A stretch of DNA of 64,000 bases. It comes from Anthoceros angustus (Eukaryota > Plantae > Anthocerotophyta). This document shows positions 47,220-60,567 of the stretch, in pieces. How positions within the stretch are numbered: the stretch's first letter is position 1; every line of letters starts with the position of its first letter. The stretch covers positions 1,079,478 to 1,143,477 of the forward strand of contig MU008158.1 of NCBI GenBank assembly GCA_010909165.1, read 5' to 3'. The notes under the pieces were generated by a model that had not been told where the DNA came from, made no database searches, and saw only the letters and a list, made by a program, of their open reading frames with translations. The translations under genes and the position numbers were made by a program.

Positions 47220-48937
47220 TGGTTCATCTACCGGTGGAGGAATGTGCTCACCGCACATTACCACGATTATCAACACGATGATGATCGTGTCCATCTTCTT
47301 GGAAGATCACCCTTCGCACCTCCATTGGAGTAGGGCTTCGCATCTTGTTCTCATTGAAGAACCGTCGTTAATCTGAACAACCTTTCTAACCACGGATCCC
47401 ACAAGCGGTATCCCATCTCACGAATCACCATAGCCAAGAAAATACATTTCTTGGACTTAGGTGCCAACTTGTCGAAACTCTTTTGGAACATGGCGGTATG
47501 CCTCACAAACACTCGCGGATGCTTGTAGGATGGTTTCTTTCGGACCATAGCTCCTAACTGCTCATCACTTGACCTTATTAGGAGATCTGTTAATAAGATG
47601 AAGCTGCGATGAACCATACCAAAACCCATTAGGCAATCGAGTTTGACAACAAACTCGCATCCTCACGAATGGTTACATTCATCCGCTCGCACACCATTTT
47701 GTGGAGGAGTATCTGGTATCAATTCTCTTTTGATTCCTTGGAATCACGGAATGGGAAAGCTTTCGAAACATACTCTCCACCATTATACGTCCTTAGACAC
47801 TTCAATCGGTGTGGCGATTCTCTACAAGGGTGACAAATTTACGAAACACCGTCGAACTTCATCCTTTTTCCTCAAAGGATAAACCCACACCTTGCGTGAA
47901 ATCATCTATAAGTGACAAAATAGGAGGCACCCTAATGATGCGATGAGCATAGGTCCACATACATCACTGTGAACCAACTCAAGAGGTTTACTCTACCTTT
48001 ACCTCTTGTTCGATGTGATGATTTTATGCATTTCCCATATAAAGTGCTCACACAGATCGAGAGAAGTTAAACGAGGATATAACGAGCGAGATAAAACCTT
48101 CATTCCCTTACGAGACATATGTCCTAAGCAATGCCACAAGGAAACATTTGGCTCTGTTACCAGATCACATGATCTTTGGCGGTGTTTACGAAGTGAGTAC
48201 AAAGTGCCACACTTGATCCACGAGCTAACACAAGAGAACCTTTGGAGATCTTCCAAGTGATCCCCAAACCGGTGGTAACCAGCATCATCAAGCATCTGCG
48301 CTAATCATGCTCTTTGTCAACTTGAACATGCCTAACGTCCTTGACATGAATGAAGATCCGTTGTCAAACTTGAGTTGCACATCACCTCGCTGCGATCGGC
48401 ATGCGTAGTTATTTCAACCTAACGCATCCTTTCCTTGTAGCATCATCGTGCTAAACCACTCTCTATGAGTAACATGGAAAGATGCACGTCAATTATCAAT
48501 TGCGAATAAATGACTATCACGGTACATTATTGTGACATTCAAGTAAGAAGAGATAAGGACATCTCCGTCCTCAGCAATTTAACTCTTCCAACGACATTGA
48601 GTCGCCTTCTTGTCGTCACCTTCTTCTCTTTCCTTGGTCCTTTTGAACTTCTACTTTCTCACTCCTCCTACCGGGTTGAAGGATCGTGTGGCGCCCATGA
48701 TGGTGGAAAGAGGAGAGGAGAGGAGGAGGCAAGAGTAACTCTCTCACATTGAGATGAGGCTTTGGAGGGTATTTATACCCTCCAACAGCGCTCCCTAGAA
48801 GCTCCACAAGAAGCCACAAGGAAGAAGAACAAGAAGCTTCCTAGTGATTAGCTTAGCTAAACTAATGATACTTAATCGACACCTAACTTAGACTAAGTGT
48901 ATTAGTCTAAGTACATTGAACTTTAATACCCTTACAA
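47220..48937 (-). mobile_element. Copia element C fragment (Tnt1/Tork-like): LTR, gag largely deleted, protease to integrase
   Basis: LTR-like start TGTAAGGG at 48937 with TATAAATA; LWHCLGHMSRKGMKVL (GAG-pre-integrase), HSDVCGP, FDKLAPKSKKCIFL, GYRLWDP. Confidence 0.78.
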
Positions 48938-49706
48938 CCTAAGCACCCACAATTTCACAGAAGAATAAGCGACCGCAAACCACGAGAGGTGGAGGAAGAT
49001 GCGTCACCCACCGCCGCCTTGTGGAGGATCGCCGCTGAGAGCGCTGAAGGCAATTGAAACCCGCGTTATCAAGTATCTTTGTAAGTACGAGAGGACAACC
49101 CGCAGCTGCCATGGCTAAGCCGGACTTGACAAATTTATCAAAGTCTTGACCATTACACGCTTGTAGTGCAAGCGGAATAAAGAGGTAGCCTTGCATCCTG
49201 CTATATTTGCGAGCCTTGAGCCGCTTTCTGGCAATGATTAGCGATGACTGGCGGAGATGGTAACAGCGTTTGAGCGGAAGGGGTTTCTCCATCACCTTTT
49301 GCACGGACTTCCATAAACCCCAAATTGCATGCTAAAAATTCGCATTAAAAGCAGCTTTGAAGAGTTTAGGTCGTGTTACGCGTGCACAAACGCATTTGAT
49401 TTTAAACTTTATCCATTCGGGTCATTCTCACAAACCGGCACATATACAAACATTTAGAGTTTTTAGGGCTTGCTGTAATTCTGGTGCACAAACTTGTTTG
49501 CGCACCAACCTTTCATTCATACTAGTCAATCCTAAGACTATACTCTTGCTTTGGGAATTTTATAGGACTCTGTTTCTTAGACATTGGGACAATAATATCT
49601 TCGTTGACCTGATGCTCTTGATCCGCATGCAGTGCGAGAATGAGAGTAGCATGGTCTGCAATTAGAGCCTACGAACTTCTCAAGATTCAAAAGATGTAAA
49701 GGTTCT

Positions 49707-51385
49707 CACTACTAGTTCAAAGTTTTAACTACTAGAAAAGATGAGGCTAAGTAAAGATAAGAACTTATCCACATTAGGGAGGTGCACAAAAAGGTTGAAA
49801 AGCGTCGAAAGGAACCCTTTAAAATAACAAAAATATTAAAAAATACCAAAAAAAAAATCAAAAAAGTCAAAATTTTAGGGCACCCACTTGCCTCAAAATT
49901 GGATTTTTTGGGATTTTTAGAATTTTTGCTCTTTTTTCTTTTTAGGGTAAAAGATGTGGGTTATCATCAAAACCCATTCTAAATTAGTCTTTGTTGTAAA
50001 CGACCGGTGTCTAGTCGTAAAGGGTCTTGTTGAAAACCCTACGGTGTAGTAAACTATGGGATGTTGTAAAATACCATTGGCATGTTGTAAAAGAACCCGT
50101 TGTAATGGAGAAAGTCATGTAGTAAATTGATGGCCCGTAGTAAACAAACATGCCATCGTTGTAGCGTCCATAAGCTACATTGTAAGTAACAAGTGCCCGT
50201 AGTAAAATCCATTTTGTTTTGCCACGTCGGTGCTTTGGCAAAACAAGCCCACTAATAAAGTTGGAATGAGGTTTAGTAAATTGAGGCTATACTTGAAAAT
50301 AATACATGGACTTGAAGCGGTGCCTTCAATTGGTAGTAAAATGGGCGGTCGTGGTAAAATGCACCCCTGTAAAGCAATTAGTAAAAGTATACTTTTATAG
50401 TAGGGTGACCTTAAAATGACTTATACCATCTCGTGGTTAGCCACCTCATCTCTATCACTTGAGTACAAACACAATCGACGTTTCGCATGGCATGCCGGCT
50501 CATGAATCTGCACAGAAATGAAGGACATGTTTCCCATTAGAAGATCATTTTTCGTTTTACAATGCGCAAGTTTCATAGCGTGTATGCCAGTGCACGCAAG
50601 GCCCCAAATACAAAACATAGAGAACCACACAAAATGCAAACTATGGACATGAAAATTATGGAACAATGAGGTCATCGACCTTCATCACGCCGACTAAATC
50701 GCCATGAATCGATTAGAAAGCGCCACATGTAAATGACAGAGTGGCCGGGTGAGAATGCTAGAAACCGATGGATGAACACCTACAAAACAACAAAAACCAA
50801 ACCAACTTGAGTTTTCGTGAAATAGGGTTGGATTTTTACCAAAACAGGAGAAAAACTTTCTACAGACGGTGTTTGGTGTCACGTGTAGGATCGGTAACCA
50901 CCACATCCGCCACCAAACCGTCGCGGACAAGAAACAGTCACCTTGATTAAACGCGACATGTACGGAGTATCGTCCGCTCCCTCCAGCCATGTAGCCGCTT
51001 TTGCGAGCAATGGCGAACATGACATCGCGGATGGCGTCGTGAGTGGCAATGTGATGAGCCCTATGGGGGCAAGCAAGGTGTACCCCGAATCATCGAGGCG
51101 AGCCGCACGCAAGTAAGGAGCGAAGCTACGAGGCGAGCGGGCCAAGACGGAATCGCATCGCAGTACTGAAGTTGGTTGGTGCTATGTGAAAACCTCGTAT
51201 GCATGGGCGGGCCAGTAGCCAAGCACTTGCGCCCTTCTTAGAACAAGAGCGGAGCCGCGCTCTTGTGAACTTGGAGATGGAGGGGTCCTGGAGGACAGAC
51301 TGGAAAGCCTGGCCCTCATTTTACAATGCAACGTTGTAAAATGCATTATAACATGCATGGTAAAGGAACCCTTTTTCTAGTAGTG
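49707..51385. mobile_element. CACTA-like element of a second family containing a foreign 600-bp patch
   Basis: CACTACTAG at 49707 and AACTACTAGAAAA at 49727 versus TTTTCTAGTAGTG at 51373-51385; AAAGGAACCCTTT near both ends. Confidence 0.6.
49932..50532 (+). repeat. Noisy copy of about 31185-31801, including the CACTA|Copia A junction
   Basis: Collinear match with many small indels; GGTGACCTTAAAATGAC follows the TIR remnant as at 31666. Confidence 0.9.
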
Positions 51386-52702
51386 ATATGCATAATAGAT
51401 TCTTTAATTTTCATTCAAGAGGTGCAATGGTGCTTCGATCAAGGCTTGTTAGTTAGAGACTCTAATCCAGCTCGGGTGAGTGCTCGGACAGCCTGGCGTA
51501 TTCTCCAAAGACCGCGCCTAGCAGAAACACCTCGAGCCGGCGGGGTCCCGAACCCGATCCACCTTGGCGGCCTCCACTGATCTCACTCGCCCCCTCCACC
51601 CCTTCTCGCAAAGCCTAGAACCAACGGAGACGAGGCGCTACCTCCCTATGGCAGGAAGAACCACCCCTAGAGCACGAAGACACCACCACGGAGAAAAGGA
51701 ACGAGTCCAAACTACCTCGTCCCGAGTCCCAGCTATCCAGGAAGCCGGTAGCCATGACGATTGTCATTATCGCCTCGAGATGTTGAAAAGATAGGGTGGA
51801 AAGTGTGCTTGGAGCAGGTGAAAAGATGATCCAATTGCAATTGCAACCATTGCCAAGACTCTTGGGGTGGGTTGAGGGGAGCATCCAAACTCGAGCCGGA
51901 TATATAGCCCCGAAGAAGCCAACCTTACAGAGCCTCCCAAGTGGTTTGGTTGAAGTCCTTGTGTTTGTGCTCAATGTGACATTTCACCCCTTGACCTCGA
52001 GCATTGCTAAGTGCATGGACGGGGGTCCTTGGCCTCAAGGAGTGGGACACCATAGGGGAGGCGAGAACAAAGAGAATGGCACGATCTGGAACAACTTGGA
52101 CGATTGCCCGAGGGTGGGGGTGAGGGGCAGTGCCAAGGACAAAGCTACCCCATCATTTATACGGTGTCGTTCAGTATGGCAAGCCCTAGTAGGCTAGCTA
52201 AAGGCCCCGCCGGAGGAACTGGCCGCAAAACACTGACAACCCACCACGCAGGACCTTCGCTCAAATCTTGAACATACTCAAGCTCGTGGCAGGCAAACAT
52301 GATAGCCACAAAGCTTGCTAAAACCGATAAGTCAAGCCCTGCTAGTGCAAAACTCAACCAAAACCCTAAACCCCGCGCATAACCTAAACACGAAGACCCA
52401 AATTAAACACAGGGGTTCACTGGCCCCACCGCCCAGCCTTTCGAGCCCCGTGATTTTGACACAACAAGATTCAAACTTGGAATAGGAGCATCCACTAGGC
52501 TAGAGGTCAATGCAATGGAGAAATCTTGGTTGGAAGCAAAGCTTTCCAAAGCACTTTGACATACAGACCACATCGCAAGACACAAACGCGGTTGGCTAGA
52601 AGCCGCCATGCTATACATATAATCGAATATTGTCTTCACAATTAGTTGATATACTCAAGGCTTTTACATAAAAATTTGCATTCCACATGGAACGCGTTTG
52701 GA

Positions 52703-53545
52703 TCGTGGTTAGCCACCCTCATCTCTATCCAGCACACGAAACACAATCGACGTTCACATGGCATGCTGCACATGAATCTGAAAATGAAGGACATGTTAAA
52801 AACTCTGCTCACGGCTTCACCCCTCACACGTAGAGGACTTTGGCACTTGTGAAGCCTGTTCCCTTGGAAAGAGCCATCGATCACCTTTTCCTAAGGCATC
52901 CAACACACACGAGCAACCAAGCGCCTTGGTGGTACATTCTAACCTCTCGGGCTCTTCACGGATCAACATTTACACCTACTTTATGTGTGTCCGGCGACTT
53001 CACTCGATTCAGCATCATTTACACACTCAAGAACAAGGCCCAAGCATTTTCATGCTTCAAGGACTACAAGACCGTCGAAAAACAAGCAGGCAATTACTTT
53101 GCCTCAGATCCGATGGAGGTGGTGAATATGGCTCCACTCAATTTTCCAACCACGCAAGGAACACGGCATCAGCAGAATGATTACCACCCCACACACCTCT
53201 CGTGAGCAGAACGCCAGCGGATGAACGAACTATGAGCTGCGGGCTATCAATGCTTATTCCTGCTACCCGAGATCTTATTGGCGGAGGCAATGCGACATCT
53301 TGTCTATATCAAACTCGAACCATTACCTCATCCCTCTCACAAGGCACTCCTTATGAAGCTTGGACAGCCATAAGCGGTTATCTTCATTACGGGTCTTTGG
53401 AGCTCTTATGTATGCCCACATTCCAAAGGCCATCGACCAAACTTGACAACAAGGCCCGAAATTCTGTTCATAGGCTTCACCGATGGTATTTGTAGCATTT
53501 TGAGATATCGGATCGACGGATCACGTGCACACAAAACTTGCAACA
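52703..53545 (+). repeat. Noisy copy of about 31700-32572, including the Copia A|Copia B LTR junction
   Basis: Collinear match; GATGGTATTTGTAGCATTTTGAGA as at 32510. Confidence 0.9.
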
Positions 53546-55159
53546 GGCAGAGGTCAGTACGCCCTAGGCCTCCTTTGCAGTCTGGGCAACGTGCAAGATC
53601 GCGTCTTCCGCATATCGCTGTGATGATCGCACCCGGTCAGCGCTTTCATACCGCCTCTCGACTCGACAGAATCAGGTAGCCTTCTTCGGGGACAGCTTGG
53701 CGAGAGCCAAGCTGCAGCGGAGCAATTCTTTGTAACGTACTGTCAAACGAAGTGGAAAACAAAATGCGTAGAAATACATATCCACGATCCTACACATGAA
53801 TTTCTGTCCTCATATAGCCTTCGCGCCCTTACATAGCCCCGCGCAGAGAGTGGCCGAGAGGCTTCGGATGGCTTGAGTGGGAAATTCGGTGCCTTCAATG
53901 TCCTGTGCCCGCTTGCAGGCATTCTTCCTGGCCGGCAGAGGGCGCAGGGAGGAGAAGAAATTTGGAGGAGTGTCGCAGGGATTCCGACCAGAGTTCCTGG
54001 CCGATGCGTGGGACATCGACGAAGGCAGGGGAGCAGCTTCTGCAGAGCCAGCAGGGTCCTGGCCGAGCGCGATATCCAGATCCCGCGGGAGTTGCTGGGA
54101 GCTACAAGCTTTCACCTTCACGGATTGAGACAGACAAGCCACAAGATCGTGAAGGAAACCTCAGCTCGCCAGATCCAAGGCGATGACCCGAAGCAGCAAC
54201 ACCCCTTATCTCCTGATTGGTGAAGGTGAGACCCATAACAACTGCCTCCAACATACGATGCCTTCCGCCATCAGCAGGAGACTGTGGAGCGGGCGGCAGG
54301 CGAGTTTCAGCCGAATACGAATCTCGGAGTCCGTTCCATTGTCGAGGCAACACTGCGGACATTTCGGCCGCACACCTCCGTCTGCTCAAGGCTTACGGCT
54401 CATCAAACGTTACACAATCCTTCTGTCAATGTCATGAATGGATGGACACAGTGTTATGTTTACATAGCAGGCGGGCAGAGCATCGTTTCTGGGGCTGTCT
54501 CAGGGGCCTTGCTCACGCATTTCAGGTAATCACCTTTTCCTGCCAGTAGCTTTCTGAACGAATTCTGACTCCTGTATCCTGTACCTGGGTTTGACCACTT
54601 CTTCTGCCACCTGTCCACAATCTTGTGTGACATGAAAGATTTTACGGTGATGGGTCTAATTGGAATCGCTCTTTGTGCAGTGCAGGACTGATCTGCAAGG
54701 CTCAGCTCGGCATTCTCTGAACTGAGTCAGGTAGCTTAATTTCATGTAGCCTGGCAACCACAAGCCAGAGCGCCTGGTTCCTAGCTCCGTGTGTGCGGAT
54801 CAGGAAACTTGGGTAGCCATACTGTTGCTATCTATTCTGTCCAACACTCCGGCATCTCCAGTACCTGTCACCAGCAGACTTTTCTTCACTGCAGCTCCAG
54901 TAAAGTTCTGCGTTCTGAAAAAGTTCTGCCCATCCATGGCATAAGTTACCTTCCCAGTTGAACATAAGCAAGTGGTCCACCCATCCCTTTATTCAACATG
55001 GCACCGGCACCGATCGCAGCAGTAGAAAGAGCCTGGCGACAGTTCAAGCAGTTTTGACCACAGATCCTAGCTGTTCCAGGGTTGGCAATCCAGATGACAA
55101 GAGTGGTGATAGGCAATCATTGTAGTCTGTGCTGGAGGCGAGGGGAAGTGGAGCACTTG

Positions 55160-55318
55160 CAGAAACAGTAGAAGAGGCCAAAGAGCTCCTGAGTATGAAA
55201 GACTGCATGGTTCAAGTTCACGATTTGATCAAGCCGGACGGTGGTCCACCTAGGTGGTTCAGTCCTGTGGATGTGGGAGGATACCCAACAGATGCTTCTC
55301 TTCTACATTTTTCCAGGT
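55160..55318 (+). pseudogene. Isolated exon of a phytyl ester synthase / esterase-lipase-thioesterase acyltransferase (PES1/PES2-like)
   Basis: SMKDCMVQVHDLIKPDGGPPRWFSPVDVGGYPTDASLLHF matches the DGGPPRWFSP signature; the expected downstream hydrolase exons were not found. Confidence 0.7.
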
Positions 55319-56164
55319 ACTCCTTTGAAGACGACGTCTTCATCCTGGTGATATTCGCTTACAAGTGGCGTCGGGTGTGGCATCACACACAGGGCTTACA
55401 AGTGTGTGAAATTGTGCAGGCCATTTGTTGAGGCGCTTGAAGGCAGGTCCTCGGTGTACAGCCTCCCGGAGCAAGTGGCAGCTGCGGCTTTCAACGTGGG
55501 CACTGGGCAGATCCGGCAAACCAGGGAGAGGCGGGAGAGAAGCACTCCTGCTGCTAGGGCGGGGCGGAAGCCGTGATAACTTCGACAATTCCTTCCTCCG
55601 TCTCTACAGCGAAGCTTAACTTATTCCAGAAGCAGCGACAACATCATCCGAGAGTCAGAACGACTTTTCTACTAGCAACAACATCATCCGAGAGTCACAA
55701 CGACTTGGTAGATTAGATGAAAAGTTCCTAGACTTTTCCCTTCCTTTATCGAGGAATGTACGCTTCATGGGAAAGTAAAGTTCTGCATTCACCCTTGAGT
55801 TCAATGCTACCCCTGCCGCACAAATCAAATGCTACTACTGCTGACAGCTGCCCCAGCTCTTCCAAGGGGATAGACAAGCTGCGAAATGGATTCTCAACGC
55901 CTTCAATCTCTGTAGCTGCATAGGGGAACTCCGAGGGGCCTTCGATTCCTGCAGGCAATATTTCCTAACTACTTGGAGCGTAGGGACCTTCAACCTTACA
56001 AAGTGCAAGAACGAGGCCTGTCACCTGGCAAGACTATTCAGTTACATAAGGTGGAAGTTCCGCAAAAAGCAGGGTAGGTCAATCTCCTGATCGGCCCGAT
56101 GAGGCGCACAAAGAATGTGTAAGGATTGAAGAGTGAGACATGCCATATGCTGCTGAGTTGCAGG

Positions 56165-57394
56165 TTAGGACACAACCCCACCTATCAAGCCATTGGACAT
56201 CAGTAGAGCCACGAGAAAAGGCATTAAGATGGAGAGCATGGGAACACTCTTGGAATACGCTCCGTTCAGCGCATTCTGCGCCAGATTTCCAGTTTCAGTA
56301 GAGGTACCTAGGATGACGAAGAAGTAGTTACCGAACCAACTCCAGCTGACACATAATTGGATGAGTTGATAGCTGCTTGGTACTCCACTTGCTTCGTCGT
56401 AGTGTAGAAGGGCAAAGCTGAATGGACAAGGGAGTCATTCACACACAGGCAAGATCTCTGCGTCTTGGACATTTTGTGGTGGAATACGGCAATACTGAAT
56501 AGAGTCGTCATAGCCGTTAATGCTGAAAGCGTCTGGCATCTCGTATTGCGCTGAGGTATTAGTGCAGTCGCTGTCCTTGTAATAAGGAGCCAGACGAGTT
56601 GCCAAACATTGCGCTCCAGCGTTCACGGTCAGTGCTGACCTGTTTATGGCCAGCCTGTAGTTGTTGATGCCGTTCAAAAGATCTGCTTCTTTGCCTACGA
56701 TGGTGGCATTACTCTCTGCAACGGTGGACAAGGAGAAACGTTACTTCTCTGAAGCAAGACATTTTGACCAAACATTCTACCAGCAAGCAGAAGAAGCTGG
56801 CCCTGAAGGCAGGCCATCTTCTAAGAACACTCCCTTCTAAAGTAAAGACAACACATCTCAGAAACAGAGTGCCTTCTACCACGCAGAGGCAAAAGTTCAA
56901 TCAAAGACGTTTCCTTGTGCGAACGACTTTGTGCCACATAACACATCCTAACACAAGGAACGGCCTGCGTCACCTTCACAAGCACGCAGCATCCTTCCAG
57001 CCACAAGCACGCAGCATCCTTCCAATAAGAGCTATTGAGATGAGCTTTTAAAGGACACGACAGTTGACAAACCAGCGTGTCCGTAGCAGTCTAAATTCCA
57101 GCTTCCAGCAGACACAACTAACTACAGAGGCAGGGAAACATGTCTCTCGTTCGCCTCCATTTCCCTGTTGCTTCTGCTTTCGAACATCTAAATCCACGCA
57201 TCAAGCATTTGTCATGATCACATCCAATGCCTCGTGCTACTACTCCAGAGGTAGAAGACAAAAGCAAAATACACGCACTGAAGCTATGTAGGTTCGCTCT
57301 TACCAGCGTTGCAGCTTGATGCCAGGCATAGCACCATCATGACCGCGGTCAAGGTCATCAACAGCATAGAACGATGCATGGAATGCTCCAACAT
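56165..57394 (-). CDS. Uncharacterised GPI-anchored protein (At5g19250/At3g06035-like), 2 exons, two apparent small deletions
   Basis: Signal exon MLLMTLTAVMMVLCLASSCNA; EADLLNGINNYRL, NAGAQCLA, CTNTS, ILPVC, INSSNYVSAGVGS, NYFFVILGT; hydrophobic tail MLSILMPFLVALLMSNGLIGGVVS*. Confidence 0.82.
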
Positions 57395-57535
57395 GGAACT
57401 AAGCTGAGCATCCGACAGGTCCGCGGGCGGAACAACTCCAACAGCTGGCGAGCCTCGAGAACCGGACGATCGCAAAACGGGCAGCCATGGCGCCTCGGGA
57501 AAGCTTTCACACGCACACCCGTCCGACGGTCTGCC

Positions 57536-57838
57536 TGTGATCCAGAGCTTACCAACTCCACGGCATAAGGTGACGGGCCTGGAACAGTCGTGTTTGAACC
57601 ACCTGTAGGCTGGTCTCTGTCCAAGTAATCCTTACCATCACCTAAAGCGCAGGTAAAATAGTAGGTTATACAGAAAGTAAGGAGCCATATGTGATCCAGA
57701 GCTTACCAACTCCACGCTATGAGGTGATGGAACAGTCGTGTCCGAACTACCTGTAAGCTGGTCTCTGTCCAAGGAATCCTTACAATCACCTAAAATGCAG
57801 GTAAAATATTAGACTACAGAGAGAAAGTAAGGAGCCAA
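57536..57838. repeat. Two diverged tandem copies of a 154-bp unit
   Basis: TGTGATCCAGAGCTTACCAACTCCACG at 57536 and 57690. Confidence 0.9.
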
Positions 57839-58583
57839 TAAGAGAGATATATTCAGTCTTAGTTGTAGTCACATTAATCTCCAACCACATTATCTTCTGA
57901 TCATATAATTATCCGACCATAGACCGGGTGTCCGTAAACCTTATAGATACGGCCCTAGTTTGGTTCATCAACCTCCAGCTATATCCGTGCTAAAACCTTG
58001 AATCACATCAACCTCCGGTACTTCATTTCTATCGCATCTCGTACCTAATTCCTAGGTCATATCCACCTCGAGTCTCATGGGATGTATGGTTAGGAGTTTT
58101 GATGAGAGTATTATTTTTTGGTATTTTTGTTTATTTATGATTAACAAATAATTAAATATCAATACTTGATTCAAATAACTCACTAATAGTCGGTGAAAAA
58201 GCGATCCGCTATTAGCCATAGGTATAAAACGGTGCCTATACAATGTAAGTAAGGTTGGTAGATAGTGTTGTACAAGGTACTTGTTGGAGGCGAAGCGGGC
58301 AGGGTATAGAAATAGGGGTGCGTGAGCGCCTAGACCCTAGTGCTATGTAAGATCTTTTTGGCGTGCCACTGCCTGGCTTCTTTCCTTTCGTGGCTGTTCT
58401 TTCTTTCTTCCTGTGGCTTTCGTAGCAAGGCTGGCCTCGGGGAGAGCATTTGATCCTCGAGGGACGCGTAGGCATACAAGGGTGGCCTGCTGAGAGGGTT
58501 TGCATTCGCGCAAGCAGCAGCAGGGGACGCAGGCGGGCGCGCACCGAGCAGGGGCAGCGGCAGCAGCGTCGGCGTCGGCCGCC

Positions 58584-59344
58584 ATGAAGATATCCGTGAA
58601 GACCCTGCGGGGAACCAGTTCGAGATGGAGGTGAACCCTGCGGACACGGTGATGGCCGTGAAGAAGCAGATCGAGGAGACGCAGGGCAGGAAGCCTTTCC
58701 TTGCGCGCAGCAGCTGCTCATCCATCAGGGCAAGGTGCTCAAGGACGAGACCACCATGGAGGACAACAAGGTGTCTGACAACGGCTTCCTTGTGGTGATG
58801 CTCACCAAGGCCAAGGCCGCGGCTCCCGCCCCGGCCCCGGCCCCGCCTCCGGCTGCGGCCGCCCCGGCTCCGCCTCCGAATGCGGCTCCGGCTCCAGCAG
58901 CGGCCCCGGCAGCGGAGGCGGCCCCGCGCCGCCGCCGCCGCCTTCTTCCTCGCAGGTGGTGCCGGCGGCGGCACCCAGCCCCGCCGGGCTGCGGCGCCCG
59001 TTGGGGATGCGTACGGGCATGCAGCGTCTAACCTGGTGGCGGGCTCGGGCTGGAGCAGACCATCCAGCAGATGGTGGACATGGGAGGCGGGAGCTGGAAC
59101 AGGAGACGGTGCTGGGCGCTGCGAGCCGCGTTTAACAACCCGGAGCGGGCCGTGGAGTATCTCTCTGGTATCCCAGACAACTTGGCTCCTCCGTGGCGCG
59201 GGTTCCGGGGTGGCGCCCGCGGCTGGCGGGATGCGGCGGCAGCTCCGGGAGGCGGGCCGCAGCAGCATGCGCAGGGCGGCGGCATCAACGCGCCCGCGGG
59301 CTAATGCCGCGCCGCTGGACCTGTTTCCTCAGGGCATGCCCGGC
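58584..59344 (+). CDS. RAD23: RAD23 ubiquitin receptor, intronless; UBL, Ala/Pro linker and UBA1 present, cut at [10 protein letters not shown]
   Basis: MKISVKTL ... [34 protein letters not shown]; AASNLVAG; MVDMGGGSW; [16 protein letters not shown]; [13 protein letters not shown]. Several small indels. Confidence 0.9.
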
Positions 59345-59638
59345 TCACATGAATCACAGAAATGAAGGACATGTTAAAAACTCAAGCTGCTCCACGGCTC
59401 ACCCTCTCACACGAGAGGACTTTGGCACTTGTGAAGCCTGTCCCTTGGAAAGAGCCATCGATCACCTTTTCCTAAGGCATCCAACACACGAGCAACCAAG
59501 CGCCTCATGGGTACATTCTAACCTCGGGCTCTTCACTGGATCACTGCTCGCTACACTACTTTATAATCGACGACTTCACCGATTCAATCTCATTTACACA
59601 CTCAAGAACAAGGCCCAAGCATTTTCATGCTTCAAGGA
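59333..59638 (+). repeat. Noisy copy of about 31758-32075 (Copia A) fused to RAD23
   Basis: GGCATGCCCGGC (12 bp) is shared by RAD23 and Copia A at 31758. Confidence 0.92.
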
Positions 59639-60567
59639 TTCGCTTCTTCTGTCTGGGAGTTAGCTGTGTCACCCAGGGCAGGCATGGCCCAGGGTTTTGG
59701 TTATCCTGCAGGGTCCTGAATGACCCTGCTAGAGGGGCGCAGTGTAAGCAGCAGCTGTGGAGCTCTATGGTTGACGTAGATGTTCATAAGAAGTTGCGAC
59801 TTGTCGTAGAACTTGTATTGACGTTAAAGTTTTGTCTTGAAGCCATTCTTGGGAGCTATTGCTCGTGGAAGCTCTGCCTTGTGTCTTGGGCTCATGGTTG
59901 TGTAGGGGCTGATGCGGCAGGAGGTGAGAGAACCAGTGCAGACTGAGATGTGAAGACGCGGGACACAGACAGACAGGCAGACTTACTTACAGACAGGCTT
60001 GCATGGACTTGTAGATGGATGTCACATGGCCGCTGAAACTTATGTCGATTATCTGCTTAATTTGATTGTTTCATTTTTGAGCAGCAAACACGCGTGTGCA
60101 TTGTGCGACTTCACACTTGCTCCTCTCCTCAGCGCACACTACGTACCGTGTCTCTTGTCTTTTCCAGACCAGTCTCTTCCAGACCTTTCCCTTCTGAAAT
60201 GCTGCTTAGCATTTTCGGTCTGTACCTGAAATTGTTTGTAGAAACGGAGTCTCAAGTAACGGCGCGGGAAAGCCGCGGTCGATCGCTATTTGTCTGCCTG
60301 CGGCCCTTGTTCTGCTCTCGATTATGTACCATCCTCGGCCTCGCTCGAGGTGTTTCTGTCTCGGCTCGCTCTAGCATTTTTGGTGGGAGCAAAGGAGGAG
60401 CAAGGCAGAGCAGAGGACGCGGGGATCGAACGTCTGCGAAAATAGATAAGGTGTGGGACATCAATGTCGATTTCTGGTTCGGGGGCAGGGGGATGCGGCA
60501 GCGGCAGCACTCCCTCCTGGACCCCGGCCTGCTGGACGCTGGAGCGCTAGGCAAGGAGCCGGCAGCC

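Noticed and set aside
52157-52400. CACTA transposase C-terminal (DUF4216-like) fragment YVQDLSEGPAWWVV
   Set aside because: Resemblance covers too few residues and no other TnpD motifs are nearby.
58183-58215. Hairpin CTAATAG(T)CGG...CCGCTATTAG as a Helitron 3' end or terminator
   Set aside because: No correctly placed CTRR end and no matching 5' TC boundary found.
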